NCBI GenBank assembly: GCA_022749815.1
Contig: JAKIWV010000002.1
Span: forward strand, 194,478 to 258,477
Length of the DNA stretch: 64,000 nt
Source: Thermoplasmata archaeon
GTDB lineage: Archaea > Thermoplasmatota > Thermoplasmata > Lutacidiplasmatales > UBA184
Reading direction: 5' to 3'
Of this stretch, positions 1 to 8,962 are shown in pieces (position 1 is the first letter of the stretch; each line of letters opens with the position of its first letter). A model generated the notes under the pieces. The model was not told where the DNA came from. It ran no database searches and was given only the letters and a program-made list of their open reading frames with translations. The position numbers and the translations under genes are program-made.

Positions 1-1
1 C

Positions 2-1537
2 CTGATCCTCCAGAAGGGAGAATCGATCGGCCGGCAGGCTCTCCTCGACCATCTCGTCCGCTTGAAGTATTCGCGGAACGACACCGAGTTTCAGCGGGGC
101 CGCTTCCGCGTGCGCGGCGGGAACATCGATATCCAGGGCTCCGGCGAGTCGCTGCATCGGGTCGTGCTCGAAGGGGACACGATCGCCGCGATCTACGAGC
201 TTGATCACCTGAGTCAGGAGGAGATCCGGGAGGTCCGGACGCTCACCGTCTTTCCGGCGACCCACTTCCTGACCGTGGATGACGAGTTGGAGCACGTGCT
301 GTCGCAGATCGATCAAGAAAAGGTGGCTCGCGTCAAGGAGCTGGAGGCCGGGGGGCACCTCGTCGAGGCTCAGCGGCTCAAGAGCCGCACGGAATACGAC
401 CTCGAGATGATCCGGGAGACCGGATTCTGCAGCGGGATCGAAAACTATTCGAGGTACTTTGCCGGCCGGCACGAGGGCGACCCGCCCTACACGCTGCTCG
501 ATTTCTTCCCCCCGGACTTTCTGACTTTCATCGACGAGTCCCACGTATCCCTCCCGCAGTTGCAAGGAATGTACAAAGGGGACCGAAGCCGGAAGGACAA
601 CCTGGTCGAGTTCGGCTGGCGCCTGCCCTCGTGCCGGGACAACCGTCCTCTGAAGTTCCCGGAGTTCCTGAGCCACGTCGGGCAGGTCGTGTTCGTCTCG
701 GCCACGCCCGGTCCGTTCGAGCTCAAGCACTCCACGGGCACCGTCGAGCAGATCATCCGCCCCACGGGCCTCGTCGACCCCGTGATCGACGTCCGGCCGC
801 TCAAGGGGCACATCGCCGACCTGATCGGGGAGCTCCGACGCCAGGTGGACCACGGCGAGCGGTCGCTCGTCACCACGCTGACCAAGGCGACGGCCGAGGA
901 GCTCTCTTCGTATCTCGCGAACCTGAACTTCAAGGTCCGCTACCTGCACTCCGATGTCGAGACGCTGAAGCGGATCGAGATCCTGCGGGACCTCCGGGTC
1001 GGACGGTTCGACATCCTGGTGGGCATCAATCTTCTGCGGGAGGGGCTCGACCTGCCCGAGGTGAGTCTCGTGGCGATCCTCGACGCCGACAAGGAAGGGT
1101 ACCTGCGCAGCGATACGTCGCTCATCCAGACGGCGGGGCGGGCGAGCCGAAATGTGTCGGGACGCGTCGTACTGTACGCCGACCGGATGACCGGATCGAT
1201 GGCGCGGGCGATCGCGGAGACGTCGCGGCGTCGAGAGCTCCAGGTCGCCTACAACCGGGAGCACGGTATCGTGCCAGAAACGATCGTCAAGGAGGTCCGC
1301 TCCCTGCTCGCGGCCTCGGAAGAGGCCGACTCGGGAGAACTCTCCACGTCGGGCCTCGGCAAGCGCTGGAAGGAGCGGCTGCCCGTCCTGATGGCGAACC
1401 TCGAAGAGGAGATGCGCCTCGCGGCGGAACGTCTCGATTTCGAGGAAGCGGCGCGGATCCGGGACCGCATCCATGACATCGAGCGGAAGGCGGGTCTCTC
1501 GCGCGCCATGCGGCCGTCGGCGCCGGCGTCCGCCTAG
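2..1537 (+). CDS. uvrB: Excinuclease ABC subunit B (5'-truncated by window edge)
   Basis: GIENYSRY, DESH, FVSATPG, QIIRPTGL, GINLLREGLDLPEV, QTAGRASRN and a C-terminal UVR coil (LDFEEAARIRD). The frame is open from base 2. Confidence 0.97.
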   Translation: MILQKGESIGRQALLDHLVRLKYSRNDTEFQRGRFRVRGGNIDIQGSGESLHRVVLEGDTIAAIYELDHLSQEEIREVRTLTVFPATHFLTVDDELEHVLSQIDQEKVARVKELEAGGHLVEAQRLKSRTEYDLEMIRETGFCSGIENYSRYFAGRHEGDPPYTLLDFFPPDFLTFIDESHVSLPQLQGMYKGDRSRKDNLVEFGWRLPSCRDNRPLKFPEFLSHVGQVVFVSATPGPFELKHSTGTVEQIIRPTGLVDPVIDVRPLKGHIADLIGELRRQVDHGERSLVTTLTKATAEELSSYLANLNFKVRYLHSDVETLKRIEILRDLRVGRFDILVGINLLREGLDLPEVSLVAILDADKEGYLRSDTSLIQTAGRASRNVSGRVVLYADRMTGSMARAIAETSRRRELQVAYNREHGIVPETIVKEVRSLLAASEEADSGELSTSGLGKRWKERLPVLMANLEEEMRLAAERLDFEEAARIRDRIHDIERKAGLSRAMRPSAPASA

Positions 1538-1548
1538 TCCCGAGTCGG

Positions 1549-2736
1549 TCAACTCGCGGGTGGCACCGGGGTCACGGCCGCCGGGAGCGACCCGGGGCGA
1601 CGTCGCCCCCGCGTGTAAAAGCCCTCGATCGCCACGAGCGAGACTGCCGTCGCTCCGATCGCGAACGCGAACAGTCCGACCGGACCCGCCAGGCTGAGCG
1701 CGACGCTGCCGCCGAGCGGGCCGAGGCTCCAGAGCGTGGAGTTGATCAGGGAGAAAACGCCGAGGTACTCGGCCCGCCGACCGGAGGGCGCCAGCCGGGC
1801 CACCCACGAGAGCATCGCCGGGCCCAGGAAGGCGAAGCCAAGGTTCCGGAACGCCTGGGCCGGTAGCAGCTCGACCCAATTGGAGGCCACAAGGAACCCC
1901 GCGATGGCGACGATCGAGACACCGGTGCCCCAGAGGAGGCCCTTGATCTCCCCGATGTCGTCGACGATCCGGCCGATCGGGACGGACATCAGCGCCATCG
2001 TCGCGAGTCCCGCGATCGCGACGAGAGCGACCTCGAAGAAATTCGCCCCCAGCGCGGCGGCGTACACCCCGTAGAAGGCCCCGACCGCCCCGGCCCCGAG
2101 AGAGCGGATCGATACCGTCGTGGAGAAGAACAGGAGCTCTTTCATTTCTCCCAAGGGTCGGCGAAGAGGGGTGCCCACGGCTCGATCATCGGGCACCCGG
2201 ATCAACAGGATCCCCAGCGTGCCGGCCTGGACCAACGCCACGAAGTAGAACATGTAGGTGAACCCCAGGTCGAGCACGAGCAGCCCGACGACCACGAATC
2301 CCACAATGCTGCCGGCGGAACTTGCGGCGTTGAGGAGGCCATAGGCGCCCCCCCGTTGCCGATCGCGCGTCACGTCGGCCACGAAGGCGCTCAGCGCGGG
2401 TCCGCCCATCGACAGGATCGTCGTCCCGGCGATGAAGGCGAGTCCGGCGGCCAAGTAGCCCGGAAGGAAAGGGATGGAAAGGTACAACGGGAGCGCCCCC
2501 AATTCAGCGCCGACGAGGAACGGGCGTCGGCGGCCGAGCCGGTCCGACCAACGACCGGCAAGGGGCGCTACGAGGCTTCCCGCGACATACGCGACCGAGG
2601 TGAATGCTAACGCGGTCGGGATCGGAGCGTGGTCCACCAGATGGAGGAAGACCGGAAAGAAGACCAAGTAGACGCCGGATCGGTTGCTCGCCAACAGGGA
2701 GTACAGCGAGAGACCCACGAGGGTCCGGTCGACCAT
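1549..2736 (-). CDS. MFS transporter
   Basis: About 12 hydrophobic segments and MFS motif A (GRWSDRLGRRR). Confidence 0.9.
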   Translation of the reverse strand: MVDRTLVGLSLYSLLASNRSGVYLVFFPVFLHLVDHAPIPTALAFTSVAYVAGSLVAPLAGRWSDRLGRRRPFLVGAELGALPLYLSIPFLPGYLAAGLAFIAGTTILSMGGPALSAFVADVTRDRQRGGAYGLLNAASSAGSIVGFVVVGLLVLDLGFTYMFYFVALVQAGTLGILLIRVPDDRAVGTPLRRPLGEMKELLFFSTTVSIRSLGAGAVGAFYGVYAAALGANFFEVALVAIAGLATMALMSVPIGRIVDDIGEIKGLLWGTGVSIVAIAGFLVASNWVELLPAQAFRNLGFAFLGPAMLSWVARLAPSGRRAEYLGVFSLINSTLWSLGPLGGSVALSLAGPVGLFAFAIGATAVSLVAIEGFYTRGRRRPGSLPAAVTPVPPAS

Positions 2737-2825
2737 GGCCGCGAGGTGCAGGACCCATATTTAGGCCGCGCGCCGACCTAGACGTATCGGCGAGGTTCTT
2801 TTGAGCCGGGGCCGGTCCCGCCGGC

Positions 2826-3641
2826 GTGACCCCATCGGCGGCGGCTCCCGATCGCTCGTCCGGTCTCTCGCTCCTGCGTCGCAGCGGGACCGTGACCGAG
2901 TTGCTCTTCCTGCACGAATGTGCCACGCGAGAGGTGGCTCAGCTCCGGCCCGTCGCCCAACGCCTCGGCCTCACCGTCCAAGCCGCCTCCCACATCTTCC
3001 GGCAGCTCCGGCGACGGGGATTGGCCGAGGTGCGGAACGACCTGTACCGGCCGACGGTATCTGGAATCGCCTGGCTCCACGCCGCGTTCGGTTCGGTGCG
3101 TGAGGACTTGGACGAACGTCTCCAGCGATTGCGGGTCATTCGCTCGACCCGAGCAGTGGCCCGGGGCCGGGTACCGGCCGACGCCGGTGTCGTTCTGGAG
3201 CTGCGGAGCGGCATGCTCGAAGCGCGCGTAGGCTCGAGAGGCCCCTCCCGGGGGCGGGCGCGCCGGGCGGCGAGGGACGGCGAACTCGTGGAAGTGACCG
3301 ACCTCGAGGGAATCGTCCCGCTCCGTCCGGCCGAGATCCGTATCGTCACGCTGCCCGACTCGGGGGCCCTCGAGAAGTCGATCGTAGCTCAGCTCCGTCG
3401 CCTGCTCCGGGGAGGTTCCGAGGGACTGTTGGCCGCGTCCGGAATCGAAGCCTTCCATTGGCTCCAGCGGGCGTCCTCGCGGCCGGTCCTACGCTATGCC
3501 GTCGCAGCGTCGGCCATCGAGGCCTCCAACGTCGGTGTGCCGACCACCCTCGTAGTGCTCGAGAGCGACCTGCCCTGGCTGCTCGCCCAGTTCGACCAGC
3601 CGCAACCCGTGCCCCTCACAGTACGTCGTCTACGAGGCTAG
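2826..3641 (+). CDS. Winged-helix transcriptional regulator (archaeal COG1497-like)
   Basis: N-terminal HTH (VAQRLGLTVQAASHIFRQL), then LEGIV and AASGIEA motifs typical of this archaeal family. Confidence 0.7.
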   Translation: MTPSAAAPDRSSGLSLLRRSGTVTELLFLHECATREVAQLRPVAQRLGLTVQAASHIFRQLRRRGLAEVRNDLYRPTVSGIAWLHAAFGSVREDLDERLQRLRVIRSTRAVARGRVPADAGVVLELRSGMLEARVGSRGPSRGRARRAARDGELVEVTDLEGIVPLRPAEIRIVTLPDSGALEKSIVAQLRRLLRGGSEGLLAASGIEAFHWLQRASSRPVLRYAVAASAIEASNVGVPTTLVVLESDLPWLLAQFDQPQPVPLTVRRLRG

Positions 3642-4967
3642 GGCGGGTGCGGCCCCGTGGGGCTCGGCGCCGTCGGTTCCGGCCGACGTCGGGGAAGGTT
3701 CCAGCTCACGGAGAAGGTCGTCAGGGCTCTCCAGCGAGCGAGCGCCGGCCGCCACGAGCCGGTCCCGCACAGCCGCCGCCGTGCCGCCGGTGAAGTCGCG
3801 GTGGGGCCAGCTCGCCATCCCCAGGAGGAAGATGGGCGTGCGTCCAGCGAAGGGCACGAGGTCCTCCAGGTTAGCGAGGTTCCCAGGGCCTACCGGGAAT
3901 GGCGCAACCACGATCCGGTCGGCCTCCACGAGCAGCCGGCGATGCTGCGTCCGGCTTTCGTCGCTCAGGGGGGCAAAGGGAACCTCGGTGGCGACGGGGA
4001 TCCCGAATTCTTCCGCGGTCGTGTGGTCGGTATCGAAGAGGGCCACGACGCCGCTGGTCACGAAGAACCCCCGCTCCCATAGGCGGCGTAGAATGGGGGA
4101 CGCGGATCCCCCACCCCCCACCACGTGCACGCGAAGTGGGGGCGTCCGAAACGGCACTCTCGGTGCCTCCGGCGGCAGGCGGGGAATCAGGTAGGGGACC
4201 CCGCTGCGGGGATCCTCGCGGAGGTCGGCCACGATGCCCCATACCTCCTGCAGCAATACCGGAGAGAGCACGGCCGCCGCCGGTCCATCGGCCACCAGGC
4301 GGCCGTGGTGCAGGACCGCGACGCGGTCTGCAAAACGCGCCGCGAGGTTGAGGTCGTGCAGGGCGGTGACCGCGGCGCTCCCCTCTCGGTGGCAGAGCCG
4401 GCGCACCCGCTCGAGGACCTCGAGCTGGTGCGCCATGTCCAGATGCGCCGTGGGCTCGTCGAGGAGAAGGGCGGGCGTCGATTGGGCGAAGACTCGAGCG
4501 AGACGCAGGCGCTGGCGCTCGCCTCCGCTGATCTCCCAGGTCCGGTCGCCGGCCCGGTCTCCTAGGCCGACCTCGTCCAGGGCCTTCCGGGCCGCGAGGC
4601 GATCGCCCGCCGATTCCCCTCCGAACCGGGGAACGTGGGGGTGACGGCCGAACAGAACGTACTCGAAGAGCGTGACGTTGTCTCCCGGCAACTCCTCCTG
4701 GGGCATCCACGCGAGGTGCCGGGCCCGCGCCGACAGGGACAGCCGTCCTGCTGGAACGCCGGCGAGGAAGATCTGACCTTTGTCGGGCGATACGAGACCA
4801 AGAACCGTCCGGATCAACGTCGTCTTCCCCGAGCCGTTCGGCCCCGCGATCGCCAGGAGCTCTCCCGAGCGCACCGACAGTGAAACGTCCCGAAGGGCGA
4901 CGGTCGTCCCCAGGCGGACGGTCAGGTGCTCCACAGAGATCGCCGCGGGGATCAGGGTCGTGGTCAC
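3630..4967 (-). CDS. Cobalamin/Fe-siderophore ABC transporter ATP-binding subunit with C-terminal extension
   Basis: Walker A GPNGSGKT, signature ISGGERQR, Walker B LLLDEPT, H-loop LHDLNLA. The GTG start at 4967 overlaps the permease stop (GTGA). The longer ORF-track version is a shadow extension. Confidence 0.9.
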   Translation of the reverse strand: MTTTLIPAAISVEHLTVRLGTTVALRDVSLSVRSGELLAIAGPNGSGKTTLIRTVLGLVSPDKGQIFLAGVPAGRLSLSARARHLAWMPQEELPGDNVTLFEYVLFGRHPHVPRFGGESAGDRLAARKALDEVGLGDRAGDRTWEISGGERQRLRLARVFAQSTPALLLDEPTAHLDMAHQLEVLERVRRLCHREGSAAVTALHDLNLAARFADRVAVLHHGRLVADGPAAAVLSPVLLQEVWGIVADLREDPRSGVPYLIPRLPPEAPRVPFRTPPLRVHVVGGGGSASPILRRLWERGFFVTSGVVALFDTDHTTAEEFGIPVATEVPFAPLSDESRTQHRRLLVEADRIVVAPFPVGPGNLANLEDLVPFAGRTPIFLLGMASWPHRDFTGGTAAAVRDRLVAAGARSLESPDDLLRELEPSPTSAGTDGAEPHGAAPALAS

Positions 4968-6085
4968 GTGCGGGGTCCCTCCGAGGGGGTTCGGCGTCGA
5001 TACAGGAGATACAGAAAGAACGGCGCGCCGGCGAACGCCGTCGGGATCCCCACGGGCAGGACGATCGCCGGCACGACGACCTGGGCCAGGTCCCAGGCCG
5101 AGGCGAGGAACGCGCCGCCGAAGAGGGCGGATAGGGGAAGGACGGCCCGGTAATCGGGCCCCACCAAGCGTCGGACGATGTGCGGCGAGACCAGTCCCAC
5201 GAACCCGATCACCCCGGTAAACGCAACGGCGGTGGCGGTGAGGAGCGTCGTTGTTAGGATCAACTGTCGGGCCACTCGTCGTCCGTCGACCCCCAGACTG
5301 CTCGCCACATCGGGGCCGAGTTGGAGAACGTTGAGCTCGCGGCCTCGAAGCGCCGCGACGCCGCCGGCGATGAGCACGCCACCGAACACGATGCCCGCCC
5401 GGCCCCAGGTCGCACCGGCCATCCCCCCGAGGAGCCAGAAACTTACCTGGAACTCCCCGAGCGGATTCACGAGCAGGAATGCCGCCAACATCGCAGAGAA
5501 GAACGCGCTCAGGGCGACGCCCGTAAGGACCAACGTCTCGACCGCGCGGGCGCGGCCGGCCGCCCAGTACACGATGATCCCAGGGATCAATCCCCCCAGG
5601 AACGCGAAGAGGGGGAGCACAAGGTAAGCGGACGCGAGTCCGATCCGGAAGACGAAGATCAGCGACGCCCCCATCGCAGCCCCGGTGGACAGTCCGAGGA
5701 GGTAGGGGTCCGCGAGCGGGTTCCGGAACACGCCCTGCAACGAGCCGCCGGACAGCCCGAGGGCGGCCCCGGCGGCGAGAGCCAGGACGATCGCGGGCAT
5801 CCTCGCTTGCCAGACGATTTCGGTCCAGATCGCGCATTGGCGGGCCGAGACCGCAACGGAGCTACAAGCCGAACCCGCGAGGGCGCCACCCGTGAGACCG
5901 TGCACGCCGATCGACAGGACGACCCCGGGCGGGATCGGCACCGGTCCGATCAACGGGGAGAGGAGCAGCAACCCCAGGAGGACGCCCGCCAGGAGAAGCG
6001 ATGAAATCCAACGAAGTCGCCGGCGCGGCTGTGTGTTGGCCCCGGGGAGCTTCTCCGTCGTGCCGGGGGTGGGATTCCCCGGCAT
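4964..6085 (-). CDS. FecCD/BtuC-family ABC permease
   Basis: QGVFRNPLADPYLLG, FWLLG, GVIGFVGLVSPH and LPVGIPTAFAGAPFF motifs. Confidence 0.93.
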   Translation of the reverse strand: MPGNPTPGTTEKLPGANTQPRRRLRWISSLLLAGVLLGLLLLSPLIGPVPIPPGVVLSIGVHGLTGGALAGSACSSVAVSARQCAIWTEIVWQARMPAIVLALAAGAALGLSGGSLQGVFRNPLADPYLLGLSTGAAMGASLIFVFRIGLASAYLVLPLFAFLGGLIPGIIVYWAAGRARAVETLVLTGVALSAFFSAMLAAFLLVNPLGEFQVSFWLLGGMAGATWGRAGIVFGGVLIAGGVAALRGRELNVLQLGPDVASSLGVDGRRVARQLILTTTLLTATAVAFTGVIGFVGLVSPHIVRRLVGPDYRAVLPLSALFGGAFLASAWDLAQVVVPAIVLPVGIPTAFAGAPFFLYLLYRRRTPSEGPRT

Positions 6086-6109
6086 TCGTCGGTCCCAAGA
6101 ACGGGGTGC

Positions 6110-7195
6110 CTACGGCGGGGGCACCAGGGTAGGGTGAACCAAGTGCAGCAGGATGGGAATGGCGAGGATCAGGGAGGGGTCGGCCTCCGTCATCAGGGTG
6201 ATGTCCACGGCGTCCTTGGCCCCGGTCAGCTGGCTCCAATAGGGGGCCCCCCCCGTCGTCGATTGCCATTGCGCCGGCGTCTGATTCGCCACGATCCAAG
6301 GGTCGTTCCAGCTCGTGCCGTAGAGCACGACGTCGGGACTCGCGTTGAGGACCGCCGTCGCGTTCATTTCGAAGTAGACTAGCGGGGACGAGGAGGCGAT
6401 GTTGACCGCCCCCAGCACGTCGATGAGCGACTGGCCGAACGAATCCGGTCCGAAGGTGTAGTACCCTCCGCCGTCGTAATAGTAGGTGACGAGGACGGTG
6501 GGCAGAATCCCCCCGTTGCTCGACAGGTTCGAATCAAATTTCTCCGCCGCGATCAACTGGAGGTTCAGTTGGGTCACGAGCGCATTCGTCGTGGCGCCCA
6601 CGGAGGGGAACAGCTGCCCGACCAATCGCACGTCGTTCACGATGCCTTCCAGGCTGTTCGGTGAGAGAAGGACCACGGGGATGTGGTACGTTACGGAGAG
6701 CTCTTCCACCGCCGCCGCCGAGGTGATGGTGGAGGCTAGAATCAGCTGGGGGCTCCGGTACAGGAGCTCCTCCACGGCGATCGAAGGAAAGTCGGCGATA
6801 CAGAGAGCGGCGGACACGTTCCACAACGCCGACTGATTGGGGGTGTACTCGTTCAGCAGGCCCCCTGAAATGAGTGGGTCGCATCCCACCCCGACGACCC
6901 GGTCGCGGAGGCCCAACCGGTAGACGATGTCGAGAACGCTCGGGGCGAGCACGACGATCCGAGAGGCGTTGGCCTTCGCCACGACCGAGCGGCCCAGATC
7001 GTCGACGACCGTGACGTTGGGTCCGGGGCCGGTCGGGGAGACGGCCTTGGACTCGATCGCCGGCTTGAGCTCGAAATAAACCGCGGTCGCGGCGACCGCA
7101 GTACCGGAGGCGATGAGAAGAGCGACGACCAAGAGCGTGACGGAGATGCGTCGCCCGGCGAGGGAAACCGGTCCAGGGGAGGGATTCAACGACAT
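6110..7195 (-). CDS. ABC substrate-binding protein (BtuF/FepB type)
   Basis: N-terminal TM anchor, DDLGRSV...RIVVLAPS...LGL.DRVVGV motif, and position as first gene of the ABC operon. Confidence 0.88.
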   Translation of the reverse strand: MSLNPSPGPVSLAGRRISVTLLVVALLIASGTAVAATAVYFELKPAIESKAVSPTGPGPNVTVVDDLGRSVVAKANASRIVVLAPSVLDIVYRLGLRDRVVGVGCDPLISGGLLNEYTPNQSALWNVSAALCIADFPSIAVEELLYRSPQLILASTITSAAAVEELSVTYHIPVVLLSPNSLEGIVNDVRLVGQLFPSVGATTNALVTQLNLQLIAAEKFDSNLSSNGGILPTVLVTYYYDGGGYYTFGPDSFGQSLIDVLGAVNIASSSPLVYFEMNATAVLNASPDVVLYGTSWNDPWIVANQTPAQWQSTTGGAPYWSQLTGAKDAVDITLMTEADPSLILAIPILLHLVHPTLVPPP

Positions 7196-7360
7196 TGGAA
7201 TCCAGACAAATACACTTTAAGATAAACATTGTGTCGCGATTCGGGCGGGCAACCCCCGAGGAATCCCCCGGCGCGCCCGGGTGGGGGGCGGAGTTTCGCT
7301 GGACACGGGTCGGGGGTTCACGACAAAGAATATCTGCGGGAAGGCTCCGGGACCACGGGA

Positions 7361-7522
7361 GGGAGCATAGGCTAATCTGGCAGACCAGCGGGCTCCAGTC
7401 AGGTCTCCTGCGAGGGGGATCTTTGCATTGGGTCAGCGGAGGGACGCTTCGGCGTACCGATGACGAGTGACTGGAGCGCGCGGAGAGACCCGCATATCGG
7501 GGTTCAAATCCCCGTGCTCCCA
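7361..7522 (+). tRNA. tRNA-Trp(CCA) with 89-nt intron at 37/38 (7399-7487)
   Basis: Acceptor GGGAGCA/TGCTCCC+A, anticodon stem GCGGG/CCCGC with CT-CCA-G, T-arm CGGGGTTCAAATCCCCG. BHB-type junction: CTCC/GGAG helix with AGT and AGA bulges. Confidence 0.93.
7399..7487 (+). ncRNA. Intron-encoded box C/D guide RNA (degenerate boxes)
   Basis: C'-like ATGACGA, CGGA boxes at 7437 and 7481, and guides TGGGTC and CTGGAGC complementary to the host anticodon arm. This matches the known euryarchaeal tRNA-Trp intron arrangement. Confidence 0.65.
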
Positions 7523-7546
7523 TTGAAAATGGGCGGCCAGACCCAT

Positions 7547-7580
7547 CTCCGGGGGTCCTTCGGGGCCCCGGAGTTTAGTT
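7547..7580 (+). terminator. GC hairpin with TTCG loop followed by T-rich tract
   Basis: CTCCGGGGGTCC-TTCG-GGGCCCCGGAG then TTTAGTTT, just downstream of the tRNA. Confidence 0.5.
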
Positions 7581-7823
7581 TCTCCATAGGCAAACTTCGT
7601 GCGAGAAAGGGGTGCTTTTCGAGCGCAGGAGTCAAGGGAGTGGTGGCCGACGATTCTCTAGTGTCCGGCCGCCAGCTTGTCCGGCTCGTTCTAGAAGAAG
7701 GTCGGGCCTCGGTCGGCTATTGTTGTTTAGCCCTTTGGCCACCATTGTGCCTGCGATTCAATTGCCCCCGCGGTCCGAAGCAGTACCGGACTTTCGACTC
7801 GAGACTATCGAGTTCAGCAGCGG

Positions 7824-8261
7824 TCAACTTGTTTCGCTGACGCATGCATAGACCTTCGCACGCATCCGCATCGTCTGTGGGTCGAAAGTGCCCTCGAGGA
7901 TGCAGACGCTGTTGTTGAGCCACTTGTACCGCTCGTCTTCGGTTTCAAACAGTACCGAGAGAAGCTGCCGGCCCCCCGCCTCGGTAAACACGGTACGGCC
8001 TTGCAGCGAGACCAGAACGAGCGCGTCGTCGTGCGTCTTGATCAAGCCGTGCGCGTCGGGCAGCATCGCGCCATCGCTCCGCCGGCGAGGATGATTTGTC
8101 AGGCGAAGGGAGCCACGAAGCTTGTCACCCGTAACCGTTCCGTCCAGCTCGCCGTACCCTGCCCCGCCTTCATTTCCATAGGGCCTCACTAGGACAAACT
8201 TCTCGCCAAAGGAGGAGTCGCGATACGCCGCGTCAAGCTCACAGATCGGCTCCAGACGCAT
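7824..8261 (-). CDS. DUF3237-like beta-barrel protein
   Basis: MRLEP start and G.V.G..LRG / R.DG...PD..G.IKT.D.A pattern. Confidence 0.65.
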   Translation of the reverse strand: MRLEPICELDAAYRDSSFGEKFVLVRPYGNEGGAGYGELDGTVTGDKLRGSLRLTNHPRRRSDGAMLPDAHGLIKTHDDALVLVSLQGRTVFTEAGGRQLLSVLFETEDERYKWLNNSVCILEGTFDPQTMRMRAKVYACVSETS

Positions 8262-8492
8262 AGTAGCACCGCCTGCCGGCGGAAAACCAGGCGTGAGTAA
8301 AGAACCTTCCGCACTATCCAAGTTGTCGGCCGTCGTACCCGAGTTCGCCGTCCCGCATAGGCTACTATGTCGGAGATCTACAAGGAGTTCGAAACGGGCC
8401 CCTAAGCGTTTTAAGAGAGCGACTGGCTTTTGCTGAACTTTTCCAAAGGAGGGGATTCTCTAGGGCCCCCCTGGCGTGCTTCAGCTACACCG

Positions 8493-8520
8493 CGAGGGTG
8501 CAATCGCCATTGCACCCTCG
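8493..8520 (+). repeat. Dif-like site copy 1: CGAGGGTGCAA-TCGCCA-TTGCACCCTCG
   Basis: Perfect 11-bp inverted arms around a 6-bp spacer; intergenic. Confidence 0.85.
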
Positions 8521-8962
8521 AACCCGGTTACCTCACTGGGGCCGGAGAGCGGATCCATTTGCAACGGCTCACCCACCACAGCGGTCAGACATCGCAGGTT
8601 CCGAGGGCAGCCGCTCTTGGGGCGATCGGAGGAGGGGGAGGCATGTCGAAGCGGGCCCTCTGACTCGAGCCACGGTCAGGGTTCCTCCTTTCACCCATCC
8701 TCCCCCGTGGCCATCTCCACCCTCTCGCAGGACGCCATCTGTCTCCCTTGGATAGTTGTCGAGGGAGGAGTTGCGCCGCCTCTAGGGCGCCGCAGCGACG
8801 TAGGGGCCGACTTCGGAGGCTGCCTCCGAGGCCCGCCTCCCCATGGCTCCCTCCGGATCCGGCCCAGCGGGCCTGGCTCGGCGAGGGGCATAGCCGAGAA
8901 GGGGGGCGCCGAGCCCTCTCGGACGAGTGGGAGCAAGGGGCCCTCGCCACCGGGCGTATGAG

